Assembly (NCBI GenBank): GCA_965235115.1
Contig: OZ249436.1
Location: 32,366,001 to 32,430,000 of the forward strand
Length of the DNA: 64,000 nt
Origin: Laetmonice hystrix
Taxonomy: Eukaryota
Reading direction: 5' to 3'
A program made the translations under genes and the position numbers. Below are positions 1 through 11,824 of the stretch, piece by piece; position 1 is the stretch's first letter; every line of letters starts with the position of its first letter. A model generated the notes under the pieces. That model saw nothing but the letters and a program-made list of their open reading frames with translations. It was not told where the DNA came from and searched no databases.

Positions 1-487
1 GAGTGACACTGGTAGATCTACCTACACCTAGACCCTCCAACAGTCAATATTATCGGGCCTCCAGATGCCGAGATTATCTGCAGGCCTACGGGCAGCAGAG
101 ATTGACAGTCCAATTTCCAAGCAGGTAAATAAATCCAGGGTCCTACATGAGTATACGACTCTTATATTAATAACATGACATTGTATGCATTTGCTGGATG
201 CGCATGCACATTATGTATGATGCATGCACCCGCACGACCCCATCGCATTAAACCCAGGGCCAAGGGTATACCGCTGTCTGTCCTGTCTCTTCCCGGTGGC
301 CGACTAACAGGACTGGTCTATATGAATCAGGCCAACCCCCTCCAGTAGTTGGAAAGGAACCGCTCCGCGTGCATTCGGCGCATTGCGACCTACTTCTCGC
401 AAACTCATTTATTATGAATGAATCTAGGCTACTTGGTAGCTTACTCTCCATAGCGCAGCGGACTACGCAAGCTATCAGACATAACGT

Positions 488-581
488 GGGCGGGGCTTGT
501 TCCTTATAAGGAATATATTCCGGGAATTGTGTATAGTTCCAGCAAAAACCGCGTGTGGTGCGCCTGACAAAGTTCCAAGAA
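488..581 (+). promoter_or_regulatory. Putative SOCS promoter: GC box, CArG box and STAT (GAS) sites
   Basis: GGGCGGGG at 488-495. CCTTATAAGG (perfect CC[A/T]6GG) at 502-511. TTCCGGGAA at 518-526 and TTCCAAGAA at 573-581 (TTCN3GAA). Lies ~650-730 bp upstream of the SOCS ORF; SOCS genes are known STAT targets. Confidence 0.6.
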
Positions 582-1221
582 ACCCAAGCCGGCTGTGTGA
601 GGTTGGCTTCAATTGAAGCGAGCTAAATGGAGGATTTCTCGGTAGCAGATGTGTGTGTATGCCTTTGTATTAAAACATGCTCGTCCGTGGCGGAGTGTCA
701 GGATAGGCCTGAGAGAAAGGCTCGTGGAAACAGCTAGGATATTTTAGTGAGGACCCCGCCATTACTACATGAGACGGTTCTCACGGGGTGTGTGTCTCTT
801 CTCTTTCAAACATAAGGCCAAGCTATGACACGATGGATACCAGTGGGTGCGAATGGAGCATTCTGAGACAGGAGAGGTCGGAGAGGCGTTCAAGTAGGGA
901 CTTCCAACCGTGTGGACACAGAAATAGACGTCTGAACATCGCTGTCAGGCAGCAGCGAGGGACTGTCGGTCCCTCTCTCTGCACGCTCCTGCCTGGCCGT
1001 AGCTGAAGCCGTGGACCGCTCCGTACTACAAGGTTAGAGGGGGCGATAACAACTATCTGAATCATGTGCTGTTGACCGCCGTGTAGGACAGTACATATAG
1101 TATAAACTAGGCTAGGCATATACTACAGGTGTGCCGTAATCACCGAGAGCTCAAACCCTGTGACGTTGGCTGGGTCCGACGGGTTCAACAGTAGGTTACT
1201 CAACGCACTCGGCGATCTGGT

Positions 1222-2793
1222 ATGCGGATGTGCCTGCTCAATATGAACGATGGTCGGCCGAGCGTAGGTGGATGTTGTGCCGACTGCCAGCCTCAGGCGT
1301 CTTGCCCGGCCGTAAACGCAGCAGTACTGCCGCCTGCAGCATTGGACCCTTCCCCAGCCGAAGGACCGCCGCTGTTGGACGGCCGCCCGTTTACGCTCAT
1401 GCCGGTGTTAGAGCTCACTGATGCCGTCTGCCAGCAGGTTTGGGCCGACACTCTGGCCTGTTCGGGTGGACTGCTGACCGTACTGGGTAGCCGCAGCGGC
1501 ATGGTCCCTATGCCAGGCGCCACCAGGAGATGGTCACTGTGTAGGATCAACTCCAACGACAGCGGGTTGCTGCCGGAGTCTCTGTCAATCTGCGACCAGC
1601 GCGATGTCACAAATGCATGGGCCACTCAGTCCACGAGAAGCCGCAATCCCCATAATAGAAATTCAATGTGCATGAGGAGGCTAGGCCAACCGAGGCGGGC
1701 CCATCACACCCAGTCATGGCATCCGCAAGATTGCGAAGAGGAAAGTCTAAGTTTGCAATTAACTTCTATGGGCAATGCCAGGTGCAATTCCAATAATAGA
1801 CTGCAGTGGAGTAGAAATAATGGTACCGGCATGACTCTACAGTCTGGGGACATGACCCCGTCAACCCCGGGGTCGAATTTTCTTGTGGTCGGGGAGCCCC
1901 AGAAAACACGGAACCAGTGTCAATGTTGTGAGTCTACCCAGAACGTGTATGAAAATGTCCGGAATTCGAATTGTCCAAGCAGTTGGCGCACGTGTCCGGT
2001 GCCGTCACTTCCAGACAATGCCCCCGAGCAGCACTTCGAGGAGATGCAAATATCCTTGACGCCGCCCGCCGCATGCGAGGAACCGTCCCAGAAAGACACG
2101 TCTGCACGGAACACGAACAATGCCCCGAGGCGGGATGGTATTTGTCCAAGCATAAGTCGTCCTATGGATGACCTGCCGCCGTCCCCCTCCTCGAGTTCCG
2201 ACCCTGACTCTGGGTCATCGTCTTCTTGGTCAAGGGGCTTTATAGGCGCAGCACAGAACTCGCGCGATTGGGCAACTCTCAAAGCGACTCAACAAAAGTT
2301 AGATTTATGTGGGTTTTACTATGAAAACATGAGCATGGAACAAGCTAGACACAGGCTGCAGTTCACCCCAGTTGGGACTTTTCTACTACGAGATAGTGCT
2401 CACAACAACTACCTCTTCACGCTGAGTGCCAATACGCCACGAGGTGTCACAAGTGTTCGTATCGAATACAAGAACGCAGCTTTTCGCCTGGACTGTGACA
2501 GGAAAGCGCTGTCGAAATTGCCCAGCTTTGACTGCGTGTTGAAGCTCATACAACACTTTGTCCTTAAAAGCAAAATGCACGACAAAAATGCAAGTTGCGT
2601 GTGGCTGGAAACTACGGGTAGACGTGACACACGCGTCCTGCTCACCAAACCCTTGGTGCAGAACGTTCAAACTCTGACTCACATGTGTAGGAAAGTAATA
2701 CACCGGACTGCCTCTCCAAGAGCGCTGGCTCATCAACTGAAAACGGACAGCCCACTCATGCAACTTCTCCAGGAATACCCATATATTGTATGA
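1222..2793 (+). CDS. SOCS2: Suppressor of cytokine signalling, CISH/SOCS2-type (SH2 + SOCS box) with long N-terminal region
   Basis: 523-aa ORF. SH2 domain from ~2311 (GFYY..MSMEQARHRL...PVGTFLLRDSAHNNYLFTLS..TPRGVTSVRIEY...FRLD...LPSFDCVLKLIQHFV). C-terminal SOCS box (LTKPL...VQTLTHMCRKVI...LQEYPY). The start codon and exact orthology (SOCS2 vs CISH) are uncertain. Confidence 0.88.
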   Translation: MRMCLLNMNDGRPSVGGCCADCQPQASCPAVNAAVLPPAALDPSPAEGPPLLDGRPFTLMPVLELTDAVCQQVWADTLACSGGLLTVLGSRSGMVPMPGATRRWSLCRINSNDSGLLPESLSICDQRDVTNAWATQSTRSRNPHNRNSMCMRRLGQPRRAHHTQSWHPQDCEEESLSLQLTSMGNARCNSNNRLQWSRNNGTGMTLQSGDMTPSTPGSNFLVVGEPQKTRNQCQCCESTQNVYENVRNSNCPSSWRTCPVPSLPDNAPEQHFEEMQISLTPPAACEEPSQKDTSARNTNNAPRRDGICPSISRPMDDLPPSPSSSSDPDSGSSSSWSRGFIGAAQNSRDWATLKATQQKLDLCGFYYENMSMEQARHRLQFTPVGTFLLRDSAHNNYLFTLSANTPRGVTSVRIEYKNAAFRLDCDRKALSKLPSFDCVLKLIQHFVLKSKMHDKNASCVWLETTGRRDTRVLLTKPLVQNVQTLTHMCRKVIHRTASPRALAHQLKTDSPLMQLLQEYPYIV

Positions 2794-5700
2794 GTACAAT
2801 GTGTTAAAGAGATTTTGCTAGAAGACGGTATAAGGATATGACTTGTGTTGTGTTGAGAATACAGTTAATATTGTACTCTGGATCAAGTTGTGCACAGATG
2901 TGTAGAAGTACACACGTATAGGTCACCTAGGAAGGGCGTGTCAGGTTAATGAGTGCACGTAGAGGGACGACCGGATGTAACTCATTATTATAGGGACTAT
3001 CTTATGGTCCGCTGGGTCCATATTTGTATACGTAAAACTTTTACACATAGAGTGATGAACATTCCATGTCGGGTTTATACATTTGTGATTTCTCGGGTCC
3101 ACAGGTAAATATCCGCAAGATATCCCATAGAATGTATTACAGAGTCAGATTTGATCATAAATGGGAATGAATACCTGGAGCTATATCCTGCTATCCTGGT
3201 TCTGACAGAAACAGTAAGTGTGAAAGGAACTAGCCTGAAATCTGCTATAATGGCATAAATGGAGGTTTTCACTGAAACCTAGAGATTTGGAGTTAATGTG
3301 AGATGGTTGAGTCGAAGCCGTGAACCTGTATAGTGGCCCCTAGAGTAGCTTGAAACGATACTTCAGACTTGTAGAATGAAAATCGAAAAGAAGCTCCTGA
3401 AAACGATATAGTAACTTCGCACTTTCCAAAATTGTGTGAAGTTCTCTAGGCTGTAAATTGTGTGCATGTGATCATGGTAATAATTGTGATGGTACGTGTG
3501 TCCATTGTATACAAAGGTAAAGTCTGGAACAACACTCTCATCGCTGACCTTGTAAGGTAGACCTCATTGAAACTGGGCTCTGGGGAATAGCGTCGGTACG
3601 GGTTACCCAGAAACCCCACCCACCGTGTTTGTTCAGAAGGCCAGCCGAGCCAGAAAAGGAGCGGACTGTTGATTTTCAGCCACTTCGTACATACTAGTGA
3701 CACGGCTCGGCCGACGAAAAAAACCATAGCCCTCAATAGAATGGGCGTCAAGGCAAGGAGCAGGGGCCGGGGGGGGGGGGCAAAGGGGGGCACCTATCCA
3801 CAGGAAAATGTGAGAGAATTTTATATGTGTTGGGCGTAACCACGAGTTTTACTATTGACTCATAATAGGTGGGCACCTACCCCCCTTTTTTACAACAAAA
3901 TGTTATGTTCCCGGCGACACGCATTTATATAGGCCTATACTCAGTAGGGTAGTCTTCTTGGTCCTATTAGATCATGGCTCAATACAATATTGAAACGGAT
4001 ACACTTACTGTTCTGGTAGCCGAACGTGAATGTAACCTGCAATGTATAGAAGTAGGCGTAAATATGTCATTTTGACATAACTCTTACCGGAGAAAAAGAT
4101 GCCGAAATGGATGACAAGTGAGTCCTGTTTGTGTAGGTTTCATGTAATTTATTCATATGAACGCGGATATAAAAGTCGTTAGGGTGAAACAGAACATCAT
4201 GGGACAAAGGTCATGTAGGCCTACCTTTGATAGGCCTACTCTAGTTGAACCTATAGTTTAACCGATTTAATCTAAAGGATAATGGCCATATAGAACTGAT
4301 GCTGATCACTCATTTGTTATTAACTTATTGTGTAGACTCATTTGTGCCAAACAGCTAGAGTTAATTTGTTCCCTTGGGGAACTTGTATTTATAGTTGGGA
4401 ATGAAGACAGTCAAACACACGCACATGAGAAGCCAGTTCGCGGGCATATATTTAACTTTTATTAAGCGAACTAATTGTATTGTATTGAGAACATTATTGT
4501 TGTTGTCTACTGTAACATCCCTACGGCTACTTATGATTTATATACGCCTCCAAAAAAATAGCTGACCATTTCTCAGAAGAACACTGATTCTGAGCACCAA
4601 GGAAACCAATCTTTAACGACCTAAAGTATGCGACTTGGTGAGCGAAATGTCACGTTCTGGGGCCCAGCGGCTCTGATTCAGTCATTTTGTGAATTGTGTC
4701 GTAATCGGTGGCGGAGCTCTCTGACTGAGTCTATCCGCAGCGTGACCCACTAACCCCCAGTTCTTTGAACTCGATCGGCCAGCCTTACACGGAATTCTGC
4801 ATGGGAATCAATTACCGAGCCTTACGAGCCCGGGTCACGTGGTTCGAGCCGGGTGATCAGATGATTGACGTGGACTCACGACTGGCCATTATTACTCGAC
4901 TAAATTACCAGAACAGGTCACATATATTTTACCGACCAAACTATTCTTGGTTTCCTTCGAATCTGAGGTCAACTATTTCTGCCAAAGGCTTTTGTGATGG
5001 CGGGTTGATTCTCGCTGAACTGTTCACACACTATAGAAGTAGACTGTAGGGGACTATAGTTTCTTTTTGAAACTTTTATCTGTGTAGCGGAAGTCTTTCA
5101 GTTCCCGGTAGGTAACCTAAGGAAACCGTTTAACCTGACAGTTTTGCTATAACCGGGAAAAGGGAACGTGACACCTGGTCTCAAGGAATCTATCTTCCTG
5201 CCGTATTAATAATGCACTGTGGGCCTACGGTCATGCCAAGCCTCAAATATTAATGTCCACATGAAGAACTTGTTCTTTTTATTTATTGGTTACTTATTTT
5301 CACGGTCAGATGGGTGAAGATTATGTTATGAGGGAATGAAAAATTCTCACATTTATGTCGTGCCAATGAATACATACAGGTTTCTACTAAATGTGCAGAA
5401 TATCAATTCCGCCACGAAGTGGTGCCTAAGGTAAACCATTATTATTTTTCCAGCTTTATTTCTCAAAGGTGTATGTTATTGCATTTGAAAAATGCTAAAG
5501 ATGCACGGATCGTGTTGACATTAGAAACCATATACTGATTCATCTGTAGTCTATTATTTCTCGTTTTTATGTCTGTTGGAAGCACAGCGATGCGACGATG
5601 TCACATCATGTCATTGTATTTATTAAAGTGTCGTAAAAATACTATGAACATTGCTCTGGGTATTTTGTGTTGTCTATTAATGGGCAGACGAAAACTTGAG

Positions 5701-7289
5701 GGGCACTATATACCTCTCTTAGCATGTAGGCCTACACATTCATTTTCTTGTTAGAATATATAGAACCTACTTTTTTATCGGGGCCCTTGTACCCAACGTA
5801 CGGGATAGGAAGATAAATCCTCGATCTTAAATAATATTAAAAGCTAATTGATTGGAATTTAAAAAAAAAAATTATAAGCGAGGGAAAGGCGGTCGAAAGT
5901 ATCCAGGCCCCAGAAACCTTTTGTGTGTACATAGATATATTTTTTTGTAATACCATCCAAAATAATGTTTTTAATCTGTTCGGACAATGTACTGGAAACC
6001 CATGAGAAAACTATTATTGTAACCCTCAAAAATACAACAATTTCCACGTATAACCACTGAAATTCGAAGGTTTTAACGATGCCCTCAGAAATACCACTTC
6101 CCACGAAACCACTTAATTCAACCACAAAAAAACTCCGGCTGATAATGAAGCATTCTGCGGAACACTTGTAGATCCCAAGTTAAGATTATGGCAATTTCAC
6201 AGGAATTACTGCGAAACCGTGTTCGACAACACCACATTTAATATGGATTTACATAGACTGAGGTATCCAGAAGTAGTCATGCCATTAAACATTCACGTAT
6301 ATAACAGAGCAGTTATACCTGATAGTGAATTTTCTAAACGTACAAGAGAATTTCTTTTTCTGTGGAATATATTCTGCAATGAAATATTCATGATATGAAA
6401 GTTGAAACTGTTAACAGCTCCAGATCATTTTAATGGCTTTCACTGTCTTGGTTCTTTATAGTTCACATTTCAAAACGCACGTATGGCTGATCTGAGAAGA
6501 AAAGGCCCCACTATACACCATGTTTGCAAAGTCAGCAGTAAAATTATACTGTTGTATCAAAACCTAAAATATGATAGACCTGCTATATCCTTAATATTAA
6601 AGGGAATAGAAAAGTTCAAACTATCAATATATATAAGGGTGTTCAGCATGAACAAGCTTGTTCTTACCTACAATTCTGTGATTATCTGATCTTTAATAAA
6701 GGAATAATCAACCGAAATGTAGAGACATTCTCCCGCTGGCTTCGTCGGTTTGTTTACCCTATTTGGCCATTATCTCAATCTATTAATAGATATAGCTCCC
6801 GCTGTCTCGCGTGGGAAATAGCGAATGACCCGGGCGGTATTTTTAAAAAGTCGCCGTTGACAGTGTTCCACTTATCGGTGTGACCTTAGACACTTTATAT
6901 GGTGTTACTGGTGTTCAAAGGTACGTTAGTGAGGAACTTTTCTATTCCCTTTAAGGGTCATAACAAAGTAAATAATAGAGGTCGCCGTCCAGATAAAACC
7001 AGCACATCAATTAGAATACTGGTAGTCTCGCTGGAACATACATACCTGCCAACATTGGAAAACCAGAAATCTGAACACTACCGGCGAGGGGTCCAGGGGG
7101 GCGCCAAGGCGGGGGTACAGGGGGCGGAGCCCCCGCGAGCTACTGGGTTTTGGGGCTTTTTTAAAGCTATAAGGAAAGGCTGTTTTGAACCTTAAAAGTT
7201 GACATTATTTAATGTATATATTGCAGTCTGAAAATTTGAAAATAGGAACGTTCCGATTTTTTGCTATCTTGAAAGACAAAATCGGACAA

Positions 7290-7320
<31 letters not shown>

Positions 7321-7587
7321 ACCCAATATAAAAAACAAACAAACCTACATGGCATGCAGTTAAGAGTTTTTTGGGGTTTTTTTTGCTCGGCGAATTCATG
7401 CTGAGACACTGAAAGATTGAAGGTCTAAGCCAAGGTAATAATCGCCTATCGCCTACGACCTTCTAGTTAGTTTGGTTCCCACTCGATGGCTCTGATGGGA
7501 ACCAGACTACTTTCCAGTCCGCCCACCCAAAAATGTTTGTTAACCGAACGGTCAATGTATACTTGGCCTAAATATTAGGTAGTAGTA

Positions 7588-7946
7588 CTGTGGCCGAAAA
7601 CTACAAACATTCTCGACTGGAGGATTTCAATCCTCGGATCACAAATGTCGCTACTCGGGTCACTCGGGTCACAGATTTCGCCACTCAGGTTAGATTTTGC
7701 TACTCGGCTGGCCGATATTGATCCTCGGCTTGCCAATTTCGCTACTCCAATCAAATGTTGCTACTCTGGTCGATTTCGATCCTCGGCTCGCAGATTTCGG
7801 TAGGTCTACTTGGGTCCAATGTTGTACAATGCGCAGCCGATCGACGTTTGACTCGAGCAGCGAAATCTGCATGCGAGACGAATAGCAACATTGGACCCGA
7901 GTACCGAAATCCTCCAGCCGAGAATGTTTGTACTTTTCGGCCACAG
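7588..7946. mobile_element. MITE with ~40-bp terminal inverted repeats
   Basis: CTGTGGCCGAAAACTACAAACATTCTCGACTGGAGGATTTC ... GAAATCCTCCAGCCGAGAATGTTTGTACTTTTCGGCCACAG, flanked by TA. Confidence 0.75.
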
Positions 7947-8477
7947 TAGTACTGTAGAGGATGCGACTCGCAGGGGGAAGCGTCAGTACCGGGAAGATGG
8001 CTGGGTCCCAGAAGTTCGCGCCACATGCAGGGCGGGCCGGTCGTTTTTCGGCATGGTTTCTCGGAAATGATAGAGCTGACATGGGGTCAGACCGATAGGT
8101 CTACCTGCATGCTATAGTTAAGACAGTCGAGAATGGAGAGCTATATCAGACCGAGGGACGCACTCCCCCGGCGACATTCCCTCGCCCATCAATCGCAACG
8201 TCTCAGTCCATAGGGCGGTGCGGGTGCTTCTAATTCTATCAAAATCTGTCCATCCGCGTTCTTACGTCATGCAGGAGATTTCTCAGAAATGTTTATTGTT
8301 TATTGAAATGTTTGAAATGCTGAAAAAAATGCATATAGGTATAGCGATCGGGCCCATCAACTCAAAGTTCCCGATGTGTCCCCTTAGATCTACATTTCGT
8401 CCAATTTGTGTCCTGCCGCTTTTGAAGACATTGGTGTAGGCCTACCTCGGCAGTGCCGTATCCAGGGGGTTTCCAAG

Positions 8478-8682
8478 GGCCCGTTCCACTAACGGTGACA
8501 TCCCTGCGCAACATCGCGGGCCGATTTGCGGACATCCCCACTCAAAGTGTTCCACTAAAATGTCCCTCCCAGCGACATCCCCAATTCAGGCAATGTTAAT
8601 TTCAAGGACATTTTAGTGAAACAGGATGTCTCTGAATCGATTCGTGGATGTTGTCCTCGCTTAGTGAAACGTACGGGCCCCT
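8478..8682. mobile_element. PIF/Harbinger-like MITE
   Basis: GGGCCCGTTCCACTAA ... TTAGTGAAACGTACGGGCCC; termini related to the element at 32186-32357. Confidence 0.55.
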
Positions 8683-9398
8683 AGTATCCCCACCCCCTTG
8701 AAAAAACTATACTAGCCTATAGGCCTATTAAGGACATGTAAAACAGGAGTGTAAAAAGTGCATTATTTTAACCAAAGGAAATATTTCCAAACAAGACATT
8801 CTGAGATTGCATTATTTGATGTCTTTTTTTTTAATTTCCCAGAGGAGCATGACCTATAAGGCCATCTCTAGGAACCCCCCCCCCCCCCCCCCCTTAACCA
8901 ATTTATACATAGGCCTAGGCCTACGTCTCTGCTCGGCGTATAAAATTTGAATCTAGAGATGGGCATTTTTAAAAGTAGCCTAAAATGTACCTATAGCCTA
9001 GCCTTGAGAAGTCTAATCACCAGCACCACGCGTAGCCCAGCCTCAGCTAGCGTTCCAGCTTAATGGACTGCTTGAGCTGCCATCTGACGTAAAGAGAGTG
9101 CACTTAGGCTACCACGCAGTGGAGGTCGCATAGTTTGAGTCCTGGCAAAAAGATGATCTATTCTTTTCATGAAGCATAGGGAGCCTGCTCCCCTTAATTA
9201 ACATTTTACCCCCCCCCCCCCATACACACACACACCCCAAGACGAGTAAAGCGGCTGTAAGAGCAATGGAGCAATGGCCGACTGCATAAGAGCGTCTGAC
9301 TGCATCCGTATCGGCCCTCTAGCGGTAGCACTTTGCACTTCCTTAGGTCACTCTCAAGCCGCTAGATGGCACCCAAAAAGTTCGACGATCCTGTTTTA

Positions 9399-10731
9399 GG
9401 CCCGTATGCACCGCCTTCACTTTAGCCCTACTTTCCCCAAAGTATAGCTTTAGTTCCACTTTTCTTATGCACCAGCTCAACTTTTCGTCCACTTTGGTGA
9501 AAGCGACACTTTCAGAGGCCCACACGAAAGGAACGGCTAAGTGAGGGCAGGAGGTCCCTTTAGCTACACTTTCGGTCGGCCTCAGCACATCGAGGGTGCA
9601 TGAAATCTTTGAAAAAGGGTATCATGGACGATTTGCTAGATAATATCGAGCAAATTTATCACCTTTGAGCAAGTAGGAGGGGTCGGCCATATATACAACA
9701 TCATGCCAAGCCATTTGAGGAGTACAGTGATGAGCAGTTCCTGTATCCGTTTACCTGAAGCATTCTGTACTGGGGAGGGGAGGGGACCGTCACCGGGAGG
9801 GTGGTCATCGGGAGGCGGCCGGTGCAGAGGGTTGGCAGTGTGGACGGGACGCCTCCTTACACACACTCATTTTGAACTCGCAATTTTATCTCAAATAAAG
9901 ACAAATACATGTACACATATAAATTTTGCTACTTATAAGATGTTAAATACAAGTACATTTATTACACATCACGCTGCCTGACAGTGCCATTCAGACGCAT
10001 GACTTTGATGAACAAAAAGTAACATAATTCATGAATGCATTGACCAATCTTTCCTTTTTGTAAAAAGATTCCCTATAACATATGTGAAACTTGCAAATGT
10101 GACAGGTGTGCAAATAATTGATTGTGCATTTTTTGGGACACTCTGTATACTGGGGAAATAGTGAAACGGAAAAAAAAACGGAATTCTTAAAATTCAAGCG
10201 GAAAAAAACCCCGGATTTTCTCATATTCAAAACGGAATTTCGTGGCAAGAAAGACGGAATTTGACTGGCTCTACTGTGCGATTCTATGCAACTGGGACCT
10301 TTCAGACGTTTATAGGTGATGTTGCTGGGGTTCATCAGTCGTCAGTGTGTCAAATAATCAGCCGAATATGTCGAGCTAAAGTCAGTCAACATGACCAGTT
10401 CATCCAGTTTACAACAGTTATACATTGTAATAAAATAACTTAAAGAAATTATTTCAGGTTCCAGGTGGGCAAGACCAATGTTGGACTGCTTCCGACGCGT
10501 CTGTGCAGTTGGACACTCCCCTGAAATAGTATAGGCCTACTATTGTGCAATGCAACTTACAAAAAAGCACTGGGGGGTCACACTTTGCAAAGTACGGTTT
10601 TAGTACGCCCGGTGCATTCCAAGCTGCACTTTCTGAAAGTGACACCAAAGTTTCCCTTTGGTGTCACTTTGCAAAGTTATACTTTGATCGAAAGTGACAC
10701 TTTGGGAAAGTATAGGCTGTGCATACGGGCC
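9399..10731 (+). mobile_element. Deleted PIF/Harbinger DNA transposon with transposase remnant
   Basis: TIRs GGCCCGTATGCAC ... GTGCATACGGGCC with TTA on both sides. ~10270-10470 encodes RFYATGTFQTFIGDVAGVHQSSVCQII, resembling HARBI1/Harbinger transposase. Confidence 0.8.
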
Positions 10732-10774
10732 TTAGGCTTTTCACGTCTGTAAATTTGTCAAGAGCTGTTGATTG

Positions 10775-11504
10775 CAGACCTCCCAAAACTCCCGCTTAGG
10801 CGTGAGCACTCCCGAATTTGGGGGTTTCTGCCCTTTTCTGCCGATCTGCTGACTGACCTGTGAAATCTCCCGCCTGACCATTCATTTGCAGAAAAAGATG
10901 CGGGTTAAAGGGAAATGTGAGTGTTCAAAGCGCCACCTAGTGAGTTGCGTTGGTACCACTGGGGAAATGTCAGTATTCAAAGCGCCGCGTAGTGAGCTTT
11001 AACAGAAAAATGTTTGGCTTATTTATGCAGTCAACTAGTTTGATGTGGAAATCAGTAGGTTTTTTTTTGGTTCGGCGACCCCCATTTTTTTTTTGTTTTA
11101 AACTATATTAGGCTAGTCCTCATCCACTTTATCTTGTCGCCGAGTTCCAGGAAAAAATTGATGGTCATTTTTGAGAGGGCGCTTCCTTTTTCAGATGGCT
11201 GAGGCGCCGCAACGCCAGGCTCGGCAGCGCCATCTAGTTGATGGTACTCACATGAGGCCTCTCTGCCGTTCTTTGGCCTATCTTTGCATGCGCCGTAAGT
11301 AGGTCTGAAAAAACTTTTGCTTAGGCCTATCAAAGACCTTTGTGTTTCTGCATTTCATCTCCGCCAAGATAAGAACATCAATACTTGTATTAACAAGATG
11401 TTTGATCACTGGTACCGTTTCGCCGCGAATTATCTCCCGCTTGGGATTACCTCAGACCGTGGGAGATTCTCCCACTTGGTAGGCAAAAAGATTTGGCAGG
11501 TCTG
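10775..11504. mobile_element. Non-autonomous TIR element with 6-bp TSD
   Basis: CAGACCTCCCA ... TGGCAGGTCTG flanked by TGATTG on both sides. Confidence 0.65.
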
Positions 11505-11824
11505 TGATTGCTCTTGTTGATTTTTATGATGGCAGTGGCGTATAGGCCTACTATCTAGGATTGGTCTGCTCAAGGGGGGTGGGTTTCTAAAAGATTGCTC
11601 GGGGTGGGGGGGGGGGTCAAATGTTCAAATTTTCATGTTATCATTATGATTGCTAGGGGTGTGTGTGTGGGGGGGGGGGCGGGATACTTGGAAACCCCCT
11701 GGATGCCCTAGAATAGATCTAGGGCCTATAGTTATACCTATAGATGCATGGGAGCTATTTTCACTCTCCGTCACTCTACCCCTAAACCACAATCATTTTC
11801 ACGGAGCGCAGTCAGTCGCACAGG

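Noticed and set aside
3075..9340. Numerous short ORFs in the track here and within introns
   Set aside because: No recognisable domains; many start at non-ATG codons or lie in repeats and poly-G/C tracts.
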